In this document: piece by piece, positions 1 through 9,493 of the stretch | Layout of the letters: every line of letters begins with the position of its first letter | Numbering within the stretch: position 1 is the first letter of the stretch | Assembly: GCF_000025505.1 (NCBI RefSeq) | Contig: NC_013849.1 | Span: 690,001 to 722,000, forward strand | Source of the DNA: Ferroglobus placidus DSM 10642 | Lineage (GTDB): Archaea > Halobacteriota > Archaeoglobi > Archaeoglobales > Archaeoglobaceae | Reading direction: 5' to 3' | Length of the DNA: 32,000 bases | The notes under the pieces: model-generated | What the model was told of the DNA's origin: nothing | Seen by the model: the letters and a program-made list of their open reading frames with translations, nothing else | Database searches by the model: none | Program-made: the position numbers and the translations under genes

Positions 1-1056
1 GTTTATCACCGCAACTATCAGAACTTGCGGACGAACGTTGTTTTTTCCGAGGACGAGCTCGACAGCTTCATAATCAAGCTTGCCCAGCAGTGCGGGAAGC
101 ACATAAGCATAGCTGAGCCTATGCTCGACGCTACTCTTCCGGACGGAAGCAGAATTCAGATGACTCTGGGGAGAGAAGTAACTGACCACGGCTCGACCTT
201 CACGATAAGAAAATTCAGAGACGTTCCTCTTACTCCTATAGACCTAATAGCTTGGAAAACGTTCAGCTTGGAGGAAATGGCTTACCTCTGGCTGTGCATA
301 GAAAACAAAAAGAACTTGATATTCGCAGGAGGAACTGCAAGCGGTAAAACGACGAGCATGAACGCAATAAGCCTATTCATTCCGAAGAACGCTAAAATCG
401 TGAGCATAGAAGATACGAGAGAAGTAATGCTCCCCCACGAAAACTGGATTCCGGCTGTGACGAGAGAAGGTGTCGGAGGGAAAGAGATTGACATGTACGA
501 GCTGCTCAGAGCAGCTCTGAGACAGAGACCGGAGTACATAATAGTCGGAGAAGTCAGAGGTAAGGAAGCTCTAACTCTGTTCCAGGCTATGTCAACCGGA
601 CACACAACTTACTCGACTTTGCATGCGGACAGCGTGAACGGAGTAATTCATCGATTGGAGAACCCGCCGATAAACGTGCCGAGGAGCATGATAGAGGCTC
701 TCGACATAATAAGCATACAAGCTCAAGTTTACCTCGGAAATAAAAGAGTGAGAAGAAATTTGGAAATAGCAGAAATAGTGGGAATGGACCCCCACACAAA
801 GATAATAAAGACTACAACAGTCTTCGCTTGGGACAGCGAAAAAGACGAACACTTAATGATAGGCTCCTCAAAAGTTCTCGAAGAAATAAGAAAAATGAGA
901 GCTTGGAGCAGAAAAGAACTGGAAGAAGAACTCGAAACAAGAAAAAAAGTCCTGAAGTGGATGCTCGATAACAATATCAGAGACTACAAAGAAGTAGCTA
1001 AAATAATTCACTCGTATCAGAGCGATAAGGATAGACTGCTCGAAATGATCTCATGA
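1..1056 (+). CDS. Type II/IV secretion-family ATPase (FlaI/PilB/VirB11-like; archaeal pilus or archaellum assembly), 5'-truncated by window edge
   Basis: Frame 1 is open from nt 1 (track ORF 25..1056). Walker A GGTASGKTT, Walker B/Asp box EYIIVGEVRG and His box STGHTTYSTLHA are present. The stop overlaps the next ORF's start (ATGA). Confidence 0.85.
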   Translation, partial: VYHRNYQNLRTNVVFSEDELDSFIIKLAQQCGKHISIAEPMLDATLPDGSRIQMTLGREVTDHGSTFTIRKFRDVPLTPIDLIAWKTFSLEEMAYLWLCIENKKNLIFAGGTASGKTTSMNAISLFIPKNAKIVSIEDTREVMLPHENWIPAVTREGVGGKEIDMYELLRAALRQRPEYIIVGEVRGKEALTLFQAMSTGHTTYSTLHADSVNGVIHRLENPPINVPRSMIEALDIISIQAQVYLGNKRVRRNLEIAEIVGMDPHTKIIKTTTVFAWDSEKDEHLMIGSSKVLEEIRKMRAWSRKELEEELETRKKVLKWMLDNNIRDYKEVAKIIHSYQSDKDRLLEMIS

Positions 1057-1679
1057 AAAGGATTAAAGAGACCCTCGAAAAATACCCCGAAATATCGGAA
1101 TTCAGCAGGAAATGCTTGGAAAGCAAGAGATACGACTCGAACGTCGTTTTAATGGTAGTAGACGCGGCTTTAACCTCCTCGGGATTGAATTATTTCGGCG
1201 TGGTCGTTCCGAAGGTTCTGGCTTTCAGCGAGAGGTACAAAGTAAAGAGGCTTGATGAGTTTTTAAAGCTGAAGAAGAGCGACTTGCTTAACTTGTGGAG
1301 AAACGAGAGGTGCTGGAACGTAGCTTTTGGTGTAGCCGAGAAGCTCCTCGAATTTGGGAGAGACGTTAAAGCTCTCAGAAAATGGGCTGAAAGCACGGCT
1401 CTCGAAAACTGGAAGAGTTACATGCCGGTAAAAGGCGTGGGAATAAACACCTACCAGTACCTCAGGATGATGGGCGGAGTAGACACAGTCATGCCGGACA
1501 GAATCGTGAAGAGAGAGGTGAGAATAGAATCGAAAGACGACATAGATTTCATAGTTAAAGCGGAAAAGCTTGCAAAAGAAAAAGGAATTCTCGCAGTAGA
1601 GCTGTGCTTTGCTGCCTGGATCGCCCAGTACGATGAGGAAAGAGCCGAGAGGTATTTGAAGCTACTCAAAAATATTTAA
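1053..1679 (+). CDS. Hypothetical soluble protein with helix-hairpin-helix-like motif (possible HhH DNA-binding/glycosylase-like fold)
   Basis: 208-aa ORF with an ATGA overlap to the upstream ATPase. The segment VKGVGINTYQYLRMMGGVDTVMPDRIV resembles the HhH plus Asp region of EndoIII-type proteins. No TM segments. Confidence 0.55.
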   Translation: MKRIKETLEKYPEISEFSRKCLESKRYDSNVVLMVVDAALTSSGLNYFGVVVPKVLAFSERYKVKRLDEFLKLKKSDLLNLWRNERCWNVAFGVAEKLLEFGRDVKALRKWAESTALENWKSYMPVKGVGINTYQYLRMMGGVDTVMPDRIVKREVRIESKDDIDFIVKAEKLAKEKGILAVELCFAAWIAQYDEERAERYLKLLKNI

Positions 1680-1703
1680 ATATTACAGCTCGAATTTTTA
1701 GCG

Positions 1704-2486
1704 GTGAAATGCGATATCTGCGGAAAGGAAGAGGTTCTCCCGTATAGATGCAGCTACTGCGGAGGAACGTTCTGCTCAGATCACAGGCTTCCGGAAAAAC
1801 ACTTCTGCGAAGGGATTTACGACATTCCGGTGAAGGTTAAAAAGGACTGGGAGATTGGTAGGAAAGAAGAGAAGGAAGTTTTAATTCAAAAGCCGAAAAT
1901 TTCGCTTTCCCAGTACGGATACAACAACATCTTTCTCGGGATAATCACTTTAATGTTCTTTCTCTCCCTCGTATTTCCACAGATAATGAATTTTCTCGCT
2001 TTGTATCCGAATAAGTTCTACTTCATGCCCTGGCAGCTCGTTACGAGCATTTTCCTACACGGAAGTTTCGACCACTATCTTGTTAACGCGATAGTCCTTC
2101 TCTTCTTCGGAGGGGAGCTCGAAAGGAGACTCGGATCGAAGAGATACTTGGAGATATTCTTCCTTTCCGGAATCGTAGGAAACATCTTCTACATCCTCTT
2201 CTCCTTCGCAACGAACAACTTCGCTCCGGCAGTTGGAGCTTCTGGAGCCCTTTACGGGATCATGGGTGCTCTGGCTTTAATTGCTCCGGAAATAAGAGTT
2301 CTCCTCTTCTTCGTGATTCCCGTTGACATAAAAACAGCCATACTGCTGTTCGCAGCTTACAACATCCTGATGCTTCCGTTCACAGCCTTTACCGGAGTGG
2401 CTTACATAGCTCACTTGGGAGGGTTGCTCGTAGGACTTTACTACGGTAAAAAGTACTCGATTTACAGGAGGTTCAGACTGCTATGA
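1704..2486 (+). CDS. Rhomboid family intramembrane serine protease with N-terminal AN1-type zinc finger
   Basis: GTG start. The N-terminus CDICGKEEVLPYRCSYCGGTFCSDHRLPEKHFC has the AN1 Cys/His pattern. It is followed by about 6 TM segments carrying the rhomboid GASGALYG (catalytic Ser) and AHLGGLLVG (catalytic His) motifs. Confidence 0.85.
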   Translation: MKCDICGKEEVLPYRCSYCGGTFCSDHRLPEKHFCEGIYDIPVKVKKDWEIGRKEEKEVLIQKPKISLSQYGYNNIFLGIITLMFFLSLVFPQIMNFLALYPNKFYFMPWQLVTSIFLHGSFDHYLVNAIVLLFFGGELERRLGSKRYLEIFFLSGIVGNIFYILFSFATNNFAPAVGASGALYGIMGALALIAPEIRVLLFFVIPVDIKTAILLFAAYNILMLPFTAFTGVAYIAHLGGLLVGLYYGKKYSIYRRFRLL

Positions 2487-3400
2487 AGGCTTGGTGGGAA
2501 AAGGAGAGACTCGAAGACGAGATAGTGGACTGTAGAACGATAATTCTTTCCACTGCAGGCTGCAAGTGGAGAAGATGTAAGATGTGCAGTTACTACTTGG
2601 AAGCGAATCCTAAAGCGAATTCGGAGACTATTCTTAATGAATTCAGAGAGGCTTATGAGAAAGCGGACGTCGTTAAGATATTTACCTCCGGCAGCTTTTT
2701 TGACGATAGAGAAGTAGATAAAGAAGTAAGAAGAAAAATCTACGAGTTCCTCGAAAAAGAAGGCGTGAAAAAGCTCGTTGTTGAAAGCAGACCGGAGTTT
2801 ATTACGGAAGAAGTCGTTAAAGAAATTCAAGAGGCTAAGATTGCTATAGAAGTTGGAATAGGCGTTGAAACGAGCAACGACTGGATTAGAGAGAAGATAA
2901 TAAACAAAGGATTTACCTTTCAGGAATTTAAGAGAGCAGCTTCCATGCTTAGAGAGGCTGGAAGCAGGGTGAAAGCATACCTCCTCCTGAAACCGCCGCT
3001 TTTAAGCGAGGAGGAAGCAATTAAGGATGCGATACAATCCGTGAAAGATGTAGAAAGCTACGTGGACGTGATTTCTTTAAACCTCATGACGGTACACAAA
3101 AACACTTTAGTAGAGAAGCTTTGGAGCAAAAAACTCTACCGACCTCCTTGGTTGTGGAGCGCTGTAGAAGTGTTGAAGAAAAGCAAAATAGAGACGATAT
3201 GCGATCCGGTTGCCGGAGGAAAAAGCAGAGGACCGCACAACTGCTACGACTGCGATCCCGAATTCGTTGAAGCGATAAAAAGTTTCTCTCTCACCCAGGA
3301 CAAATCATATCTTGAAGAAGTTGAGTGCGACTGCGAGGAGCTTTGGGAAGTGAGCCTGAAAGGAGAGAGCTTGGCGAGATTGCCAGTGTTCGTGTTCTAA
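2483..3400 (+). CDS. Radical SAM protein, Elp3-like/TIGR01210-type (possibly archaeosine-pathway RaSEA)
   Basis: 305-aa ORF with cluster motif GCKWRRCKMCSY (CX4CX2C) near the N-terminus and a TIM-barrel-like length. Additional C-terminal Cys residues (HNCYDCD, ECDCEE). ATGA overlap with the rhomboid gene. The RaSEA assignment is from memory of the family and is not verified. Confidence 0.6.
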   Translation: MKAWWEKERLEDEIVDCRTIILSTAGCKWRRCKMCSYYLEANPKANSETILNEFREAYEKADVVKIFTSGSFFDDREVDKEVRRKIYEFLEKEGVKKLVVESRPEFITEEVVKEIQEAKIAIEVGIGVETSNDWIREKIINKGFTFQEFKRAASMLREAGSRVKAYLLLKPPLLSEEEAIKDAIQSVKDVESYVDVISLNLMTVHKNTLVEKLWSKKLYRPPWLWSAVEVLKKSKIETICDPVAGGKSRGPHNCYDCDPEFVEAIKSFSLTQDKSYLEEVECDCEELWEVSLKGESLARLPVFVF

Positions 3401-3410
3401 TCCGACAACT

Positions 3411-3420
3411 TTTTTAAATT
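3411..3420 (+). promoter_or_regulatory. TATA-like box upstream of reverse gyrase
   Basis: TTTTTAAATT is centred about 29 nt upstream of the ATG at 3445, with no Shine-Dalgarno sequence between. This fits a leaderless or short-leader transcript. Confidence 0.4.
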
Positions 3421-3444
3421 TTCGAAACCTCATAAGTAGAATTA

Positions 3445-6400
3445 ATGATTCCCGTCAAATACGCGAATCTTTGCTCCGTATGCCACAAAGACGTAACATG
3501 GGAGGAGCTTGAAAAGAGTTACTGCAGATTCAAAAAGCTTCCTCAATGCTCCTCGTTCCTCGACAAGATCTATAAGGAGTTCGAAGAGTTTTTCAAAAAA
3601 ATTATTGGGGAGCCGAGGTCCATACAGAAATTCTGGGCGAAAAGAGTACTTAGCTTTGAGAGTTTCGCAGCTGTAGCTCCGACTGGAATAGGAAAAACAT
3701 CCTTCGGCAGCGCCATGGCTTTATTCCTCGCGTTAAAGAAGAGAAAGAGTTACATAATCCTGCCTACAACTCTTTTGGTCGCGCAGGTCGTCGAAAATTT
3801 GAAAAAATACTGCGAAAAAGCCGGAATTGACTGCGGTTTGAACGAGGAGAAAGAAGTTACTATAGCTTACTATCACGGGAAGCTGAAAGAGAAGGATAAG
3901 TTCTTCGAAATTCTTGAAAAGAACTCCTTCGACATTCTCGTCACCACAACTCAATTCCTCCCGAGGTATTTCGAAAAGCTAAACGGAAAAATTTTCAACT
4001 TCATCTTCGTGGATGACGTTGATGCGGTTTTAAAAGCTTCGAGAAACGTTGACAGAATTCTGAAACTTCTCGGCTTCAGATACAAAAATGGGAAATGGGA
4101 AGGAAAGCCGAAGGGAGTTTTAATGGTATCCACGGCAACGGCTAAGAAGGGGCAAAAGGTGAAGCTGTTCAGAGAACTCCTCAACTTCGACGTCGGAACA
4201 TCTACGCATGCCGTGAGAAACATAGATGACGTTTACGTCGAAAGAGCTGACGTTGAGGCGGTAAAAGAGATACTGAGAAAGATGGGAAGTGGAGGATTAA
4301 TATACGCGAGAAGTAGCGAGGAGGCTGAAGAGCTCTACAACTCGCTAAAGGATGAGTTCAAAGTTGGATTGGTCACAGCCCAAAGAAAGAAGGACTTCGT
4401 TCTCTTCGAGAGAGGCGAAATAGACTATTTAATAGGGACTGCTTATTACTACGGAACTCTCGTCAGAGGTCTCGATCTCCCCGAAAGGATTAGGTTTGCG
4501 GTGTTCTTCAAAGCTCCGGTGTTCAGAGTTAGAATAGAGGACATAGACACGATCTCTCCGGGAATGGTGAGGGTAATTGCTCTAATATTCAAGGAGGACG
4601 AGAGGGTAAAGAAGTTTATTCCCTACCTTCCCAAAATAACGGAGGGCACGAAGGAATTTGAAGAGCTTAAAAGCATTTTAAAGAAAGTTATAGCCGAGAG
4701 GAAGAAGGAAGTTAAGGACTTCGTTCTCAGAGAGGGAGAGGTAATATTTCCGGACGTGAGAACTTACATCCAAGGCTCCGGAAGGACTTCGAGGCTTTTT
4801 GCCGGGGGAATAACGAAAGGAGCTAGTTTCCTCCTTGAAGATGACGAGGACGTTCTCAAAGCTTTCGTAGAGAGAGCGAGATACTTCGACATAGAATTCA
4901 AGAAAATAGACGAAGTCGACTTCGAAAGCCTGATAAGAGAGATAAACGAGAGCAGAGAAAAGTTCAGGAGGAGAGCAGAGTTCAAAGACGTTATAAAGCC
5001 GACTCTGTTCATAGTCGAAAGTCCGACCAAAGCGAGGCAAATTTCGAGATTTTTCGGACAGCCGAGCGTTAAAGTTATTGGAGATGAAAACGACGTTCAC
5101 GTCGTAGCCTACGAAGTTCCAACGCCGGAGAGAATCCTTATAGTCACCGCAAGCCTCGGACACGTTACAGATTTAATAACGAACAGAGCATTCCACGGTG
5201 TTGAAGTTAACGGAATTTTCGTCCCGATTTACGCTTCGATAAAGAGGTGCAGAGACTGCGGCTATCAGTTTACGGAGGAGAGGGAAAACTGCCCGAAGTG
5301 CGAAAGCTCCAACATCGACGACTCGAAGAAGAGAATAGAAGCTTTGAGAAGGCTTGCGAAAGAGACGGGAGAGGTAATAATAGGCACGGATCCGGATTCA
5401 GAAGGAGAGAAAATCGCCTGGGACATAAAGAACCTGCTCTCCGGCTGTGCTACGATAAAAAGAGCAGAATTTCACGAAGTTACGAGAAGAGCCGTAACCG
5501 AAGCTTTAGCAAATCTTAGAGACGTCGACGAAAATCTCGTGAAAGCTCAGATAGTCAGGAGAGTCGAGGACAGGTGGATAGGGTTCATTCTGAGTCAAAA
5601 GCTGTGGGAGGTTTTCAAGAACAGAAACTTATCAGCGGGAAGAGCTCAAACTCCCGTTTTAGGATGGATAATCCAGAGAGCCGAGGAGAACAAGAAAAAG
5701 AAGACGGTAGCTTTTGTAAAAGAACTCGGACTAAGCTTGGAGGGAATAGCGAAGAAAGAGCTTGAACTTGAAATAGAGCTGATAGAGAAAAAAGAAGAAG
5801 AAAGAACACCGCTTCCCCCTTACACGACCGATTCCATGCTCAGAGACGCTAATGCAATACTGAAAATGAGCGCAAAGGATGCGATGCAAATAGCTCAGGA
5901 ATTGTTTGAGCACGGTCTCATAACTTACCACAGAACAGATTCAACGAGAGTGAGCGAAGTTGGGCTGAGAATAGCCAAGGAGTACCTCGGAGAATATTTT
6001 ACTCCGAGAGAGTGGTTTGCCGAAGGTGCGCACGAGTGTATTAGACCGACGAGAGCCATTGATAGAGACACCCTCCAGAGACTGATAAGCGAGGGAATTA
6101 TCGTGGTGGAAAACTTTACGTGGAGGCACTTCGCCCTGTACGATTTAATCTTCAGAAGGTTCATGGCAAGCCAGTGCAAACCTTACAAGGTTGTGGTTGC
6201 CAAATACAGAATTAAAGCCGACGGTAAGGAGTTCGAGGAGGAGAGAATCATCAAAGCTGAGGGAAGGGCTTACGAACTTTACAAGTCAGTTTGGGTTAGA
6301 AACGAGCTGCCAACCGGAAAGATAAAGGTTGAAGCTGAGATAAGGAGAGTTCCAGCTGCTCCTCTGTACACTCAATCAGACGTCGTTGCTTTGATGAAAG

Positions 6401-6663
6401 AAAGAAGAATAGGACGTCCCTCAACTTATGCGACGATAGTGGACAAGCTCTTTCAGAGGAACTACATAATAGAGAAGGGAGGAAAGCTCGTTCCCACAAA
6501 GCTCGGTTACTCAGTCTATGAGTACCTGATTAACAACTACAGATCCTTCGTTTCGGAAGAGAGAACGAGGTTGCTCGAGGAGATGATGGACAAAGTCGAG
6601 AGAGGAGAAGCCGACTACTTCGAAACTTTAAAAGAAATGTATAACGAGGTAAAGCAAATTTAG
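3445..6663 (+). CDS. rgy: Reverse gyrase (helicase-like domain fused to type IA topoisomerase)
   Basis: 1072 aa. N-terminal Zn finger CSVCHK...C...C, helicase Walker A APTGIGKTS and VDDVD box. Toprim IVESPTKA, second Zn finger CRDCGYQFTEERENCPKCE, and the topo IA active-site region ITYHRTDS. Confidence 0.97.
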   Translation: MIPVKYANLCSVCHKDVTWEELEKSYCRFKKLPQCSSFLDKIYKEFEEFFKKIIGEPRSIQKFWAKRVLSFESFAAVAPTGIGKTSFGSAMALFLALKKRKSYIILPTTLLVAQVVENLKKYCEKAGIDCGLNEEKEVTIAYYHGKLKEKDKFFEILEKNSFDILVTTTQFLPRYFEKLNGKIFNFIFVDDVDAVLKASRNVDRILKLLGFRYKNGKWEGKPKGVLMVSTATAKKGQKVKLFRELLNFDVGTSTHAVRNIDDVYVERADVEAVKEILRKMGSGGLIYARSSEEAEELYNSLKDEFKVGLVTAQRKKDFVLFERGEIDYLIGTAYYYGTLVRGLDLPERIRFAVFFKAPVFRVRIEDIDTISPGMVRVIALIFKEDERVKKFIPYLPKITEGTKEFEELKSILKKVIAERKKEVKDFVLREGEVIFPDVRTYIQGSGRTSRLFAGGITKGASFLLEDDEDVLKAFVERARYFDIEFKKIDEVDFESLIREINESREKFRRRAEFKDVIKPTLFIVESPTKARQISRFFGQPSVKVIGDENDVHVVAYEVPTPERILIVTASLGHVTDLITNRAFHGVEVNGIFVPIYASIKRCRDCGYQFTEERENCPKCESSNIDDSKKRIEALRRLAKETGEVIIGTDPDSEGEKIAWDIKNLLSGCATIKRAEFHEVTRRAVTEALANLRDVDENLVKAQIVRRVEDRWIGFILSQKLWEVFKNRNLSAGRAQTPVLGWIIQRAEENKKKKTVAFVKELGLSLEGIAKKELELEIELIEKKEEERTPLPPYTTDSMLRDANAILKMSAKDAMQIAQELFEHGLITYHRTDSTRVSEVGLRIAKEYLGEYFTPREWFAEGAHECIRPTRAIDRDTLQRLISEGIIVVENFTWRHFALYDLIFRRFMASQCKPYKVVVAKYRIKADGKEFEEERIIKAEGRAYELYKSVWVRNELPTGKIKVEAEIRRVPAAPLYTQSDVVALMKERRIGRPSTYATIVDKLFQRNYIIEKGGKLVPTKLGYSVYEYLINNYRSFVSEERTRLLEEMMDKVERGEADYFETLKEMYNEVKQI

Positions 6664-8564
6664 TCGATGAAGAAAACTCCTGAAGCGTTTTTATCTATTT
6701 TTTCCGCTATTTTCTTCACGACTTCCACGTTCGAAGCTATCCCGCTAATCTCCTTCTTTATCACTGCATCGGCAATAGCTCTCTTGAAGACTTTGCCAGC
6801 CGTCTTCGGAAGTTCCTTAACGAAAACGATGAGTCTTGGAAGAGCGATCCTTCCTATATCTTCTTCTATCTTCTTCTTAATTTTCTCAGCCAAATCATCG
6901 CTTTTTTCGGCAACGACGAAGAGTGCTATGGCTGTTCCTTTAATTCTGTCCGGCACACCAATAGCGGCGCAATCAGCCACCTCCCTCAGTTCCTTAACGA
7001 CCTTCTCTATTTCAACGAGAGAAACTCTGTGACCGCTTATGTTTATAACGTCGTCAGCTCTTCCAGAGATCCATATGTACCCGTCTTCGTCGTAGTAAGC
7101 GTAGTCTCCCGTTAAGTATACTCTCTTACCGAACTTAGACCAGTAAAGCTGCACGTAGGCTTTAGGGTCTCCGTGAATTCCGAGCATGAATCCGGGGAAC
7201 ATTTTCTTTATAACCAGATGTCCGAGCTGATAGGGCTTGGCTTTTTTCCCTCCGCTGTCGTATATGTCCACCTCTATCCCCGGCAAGGGTTTCGAAACTG
7301 AGCCGGGTTTCATGGGTGTTAAGGCTGGAATTGGAGCGATGACTATCCCTCCAGTTTCCGTCTGCCACCAAGTGTCAACTACGGGACATTTCTTTTTCCC
7401 GACTTCCTCGTAAAGCCAGAGCCAGTTTTCAGCTTCGAGGGGCTCTCCGACGCTACCTATCAACCTTAGAGTCGATAAGTCGAAGCTATCTATGTTCCCA
7501 CATCCCTGAAGCATTCTCACAAGAGTTGGAACTGTGTAAAAGACAGTAACTCCATACTTCTCTATCAACTCGAAGGTTCTGCATATGTCTGGATAGTCAG
7601 GAGCTCCTTCGTAGAGGAGAACCGTGGCACCTAAAGAAAGAGGTCCGTAAACCGAGTAGCTGTGCCCGGTGATCCAGCCGAGGTCGGCTGTGCAGAAAAG
7701 AACGTCTTCATCTTTCAGGTCGAGAACTATTTTGCTCGTCGCGTAGACGTGAACGAGGTATCCGCCAGTGGAGTGGATAATTCCCTTAGGCTCAGCAACG
7801 CTCCCAGAAGTGTAGATTATGAAGAGCGGATCGTTAGCATCTGTTATCTCGCATTCCGACTTAGCTTTCTCCTTTCTTACGAGCTCAGCATAGTCGTGAT
7901 CTCTTCCTTCTTTCATATCGATTTCGTTTCCCGCTCTCCTAACGACTACGACGTTCTCTACGCCTTTGTACTCTTCGAGAGCCTCGTCGGCTTTCTCTTT
8001 TAAGTTTATCAAATTTCCCCTTCTGTAGTATCCGTCAGCGGTTATGAGAAGCTTAACTCCTGAATCTTTCATTCTGAAAGCTGCAGATTTCGGAGAAAAT
8101 CCTGCGAATATGAAAACGTGAGTTGCCCCTATTCTCGCGGCAGCGAGCATGGAGATTACCGCTTCCGGTAAATTCGGCATGTATATTCCAACTTTGTCTC
8201 CCTTCTTTACACCAAGATTTCTCAAAGCGTTGGATAGCTTTCCTACTTCTCTGTACAAATCGAAGTACGTCAGAACTCTGTTTTCCCCCTTTTCCCCCTC
8301 CCAGATTATAGCAGCTTTGTTCCTCTTCTCTTTTAAGTGCCTGTCAACGCAGTTGTAGCTTGCGTTTATTTTTCCGTTGACGAAAAATCTGTAGTAGGGA
8401 GCCTTCGAGTCGTCGAAAAACTTCTCCCAAGGTTCAAACCAGTGCAATTCTTTGGCAAAGCTTTCCCAGTAATCTATCCAGTTCTCCTTAGCTTTCGAGT
8501 AGATAGCCGGATCTTTAACGTTCGCTTTCTCGACAAAATCTTCCGGAGGGTATATGCTCTTCAT
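6660..8564 (-). CDS. acs: Acetyl-CoA synthetase (AMP-forming)
   Basis: Motifs YTSGSVAEPKG (AMP-binding signature variant), WWQTETGG and GRADDVINISGHR. The track ORF extends to a TTG at 8624. The ATG at 8564 (MKSIYPPEDF) is preferred, with a TATA-like TCTAAATACG about 30 nt upstream. The stop overlaps the rgy stop by 4 nt. Confidence 0.93.
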   Translation of the reverse strand: MKSIYPPEDFVEKANVKDPAIYSKAKENWIDYWESFAKELHWFEPWEKFFDDSKAPYYRFFVNGKINASYNCVDRHLKEKRNKAAIIWEGEKGENRVLTYFDLYREVGKLSNALRNLGVKKGDKVGIYMPNLPEAVISMLAAARIGATHVFIFAGFSPKSAAFRMKDSGVKLLITADGYYRRGNLINLKEKADEALEEYKGVENVVVVRRAGNEIDMKEGRDHDYAELVRKEKAKSECEITDANDPLFIIYTSGSVAEPKGIIHSTGGYLVHVYATSKIVLDLKDEDVLFCTADLGWITGHSYSVYGPLSLGATVLLYEGAPDYPDICRTFELIEKYGVTVFYTVPTLVRMLQGCGNIDSFDLSTLRLIGSVGEPLEAENWLWLYEEVGKKKCPVVDTWWQTETGGIVIAPIPALTPMKPGSVSKPLPGIEVDIYDSGGKKAKPYQLGHLVIKKMFPGFMLGIHGDPKAYVQLYWSKFGKRVYLTGDYAYYDEDGYIWISGRADDVINISGHRVSLVEIEKVVKELREVADCAAIGVPDRIKGTAIALFVVAEKSDDLAEKIKKKIEEDIGRIALPRLIVFVKELPKTAGKVFKRAIADAVIKKEISGIASNVEVVKKIAEKIDKNASGVFFID

Positions 8565-8775
8565 TATAGAGGAAGTTAATCTTTTAGCGTATTTAGAGTT
8601 AACGAATTTTGCCTGAGTTTTCAAAACTCTACTGATCTTTCCCAGAATCGCTACGTGAAACGTTATGAAACTTTTTGAAGCGTTCTAAAGCCTTTTATCG
8701 CTTATCTCCATTTCGTTTTATCCCCCAACATCTATTGCCCTTCAGTTCTTACTTTCAAATCAGAGGTGATGTGAG

Positions 8776-9198
8776 ATGAAAAGAAGTTTGGTGTTTAGCA
8801 TATTGCTCGGGCTGGTGGCTCTGACAGCCTACGCATCAGCCCACGGATTTGGCATGATGGGGTACGGTATGGGTATGGGAGGTATGTACGGAGAGGATAT
8901 GATGAACTACTATAACACAGACGAAGCACAGACGGAAGTGAGCGGGAAAGTTGCGGCTGTGTACCCAATGGCAATAGTACTTGAAGATGGCAAGTACATC
9001 AGAGTTCCCTGGTGGGTTGCCGCAAATCTAGGCTTAAAGCCGGGAGATGTAGTGAAGGTCGAAGGAGTAAGCTACGGAAACGTGATAGTCCCAACGTACA
9101 TAGAAGCGAACGGTAAAACGTTCCAAAGTCCAGTTTACTACCAGAATCCGGGATACGGTTACTACTCCGGCTACCACTGCCCCATGATGGGGTGGTGA
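8776..9198 (+). CDS. Secreted Met/Gly-rich protein (putative extracytoplasmic Cu(I)/soft-metal binding)
   Basis: SD GAGGTGAT sits 6 nt upstream. Signal peptide MKRSLVFSILLGLVALTAYASA. Mature N-terminus HGFGMMGYGMGMGGMYGEDMM, central beta-rich domain, C-terminus YHCPMMGW. Confidence 0.7.
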   Translation: MKRSLVFSILLGLVALTAYASAHGFGMMGYGMGMGGMYGEDMMNYYNTDEAQTEVSGKVAAVYPMAIVLEDGKYIRVPWWVAANLGLKPGDVVKVEGVSYGNVIVPTYIEANGKTFQSPVYYQNPGYGYYSGYHCPMMGW

Positions 9199-9231
9199 TA
9201 CGATCTTCCCCAATTTTTTGGAGGTTGTGAC

Positions 9232-9480
9232 ATGATGGGATACGGTATGATGGGAGGCATGATGGGGAACAACTTCGGAGGATGGTACTTCGGCAGCTTC
9301 GTCTGGCAGATACTCTGGCTCGCGATAATAGTGGCTGTGATCTACATTCTAATGAACTCACTGAGCTCTGGAAAGAAGAGCGAAGATATGTCCCTTCAAA
9401 TCTTGAAAGAGAGGCTCGCGAGAGGAGAGATCAGCCAGGAAGAATACATCAAGTTGAAAGACGCTCTATCGAGAAGTTAA
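9232..9480 (+). CDS. SHOCT-domain membrane protein with Met/Gly-rich N-terminus
   Basis: SD GGAGGT upstream. N-terminus MMGYGMMGGMMGNNFGG, one TM segment (ILWLAIIVAVIYIL), and C-terminal ILKERLARGEISQEEYIKLKDAL, which matches the SHOCT short C-terminal domain pattern. Confidence 0.75.
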   Translation: MMGYGMMGGMMGNNFGGWYFGSFVWQILWLAIIVAVIYILMNSLSSGKKSEDMSLQILKERLARGEISQEEYIKLKDALSRS

Positions 9481-9493
9481 AGCTGTCGCAACC

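Noticed and set aside
6660-6663. Convergent gene pairs with overlapping or abutting stops (rgy/acs at 6660-6663, methyltransferase/phosphoesterase at 12635-12638, 17423/17424, 10533/10535) as a special regulatory feature
   Set aside because: Such compaction is common in small hyperthermophile genomes. No hairpins or conserved motifs were seen at these junctions. They are noted only as the absence of intergenic terminators.
6667-8579. Several 60-120 aa plus-strand ORFs (6667..7032, 7662..8003, 8123..8358, 8337..8579) lying antisense to acs
   Set aside because: They fall entirely within a strongly supported acs gene on the opposite strand. Their low-complexity Ser/Leu/Phe-rich translations are typical of shadow ORFs, and they lack an RBS or promoter. 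The same reasoning applies to the antisense and internal ORFs inside rgy, lysC, deoA, lysA, dapL and the propeller gene.
8899-8905. ATGATGA inside the Met-rich protein gene, and similar TGATGA hits at 1254, 14903 (minus), 21527 and 30404 (minus)
   Set aside because: These arise from Met/Asp codons inside well-supported ORFs and lack correctly spaced CUGA boxes. For example, the 8899 hit is followed by CAGA at +12.
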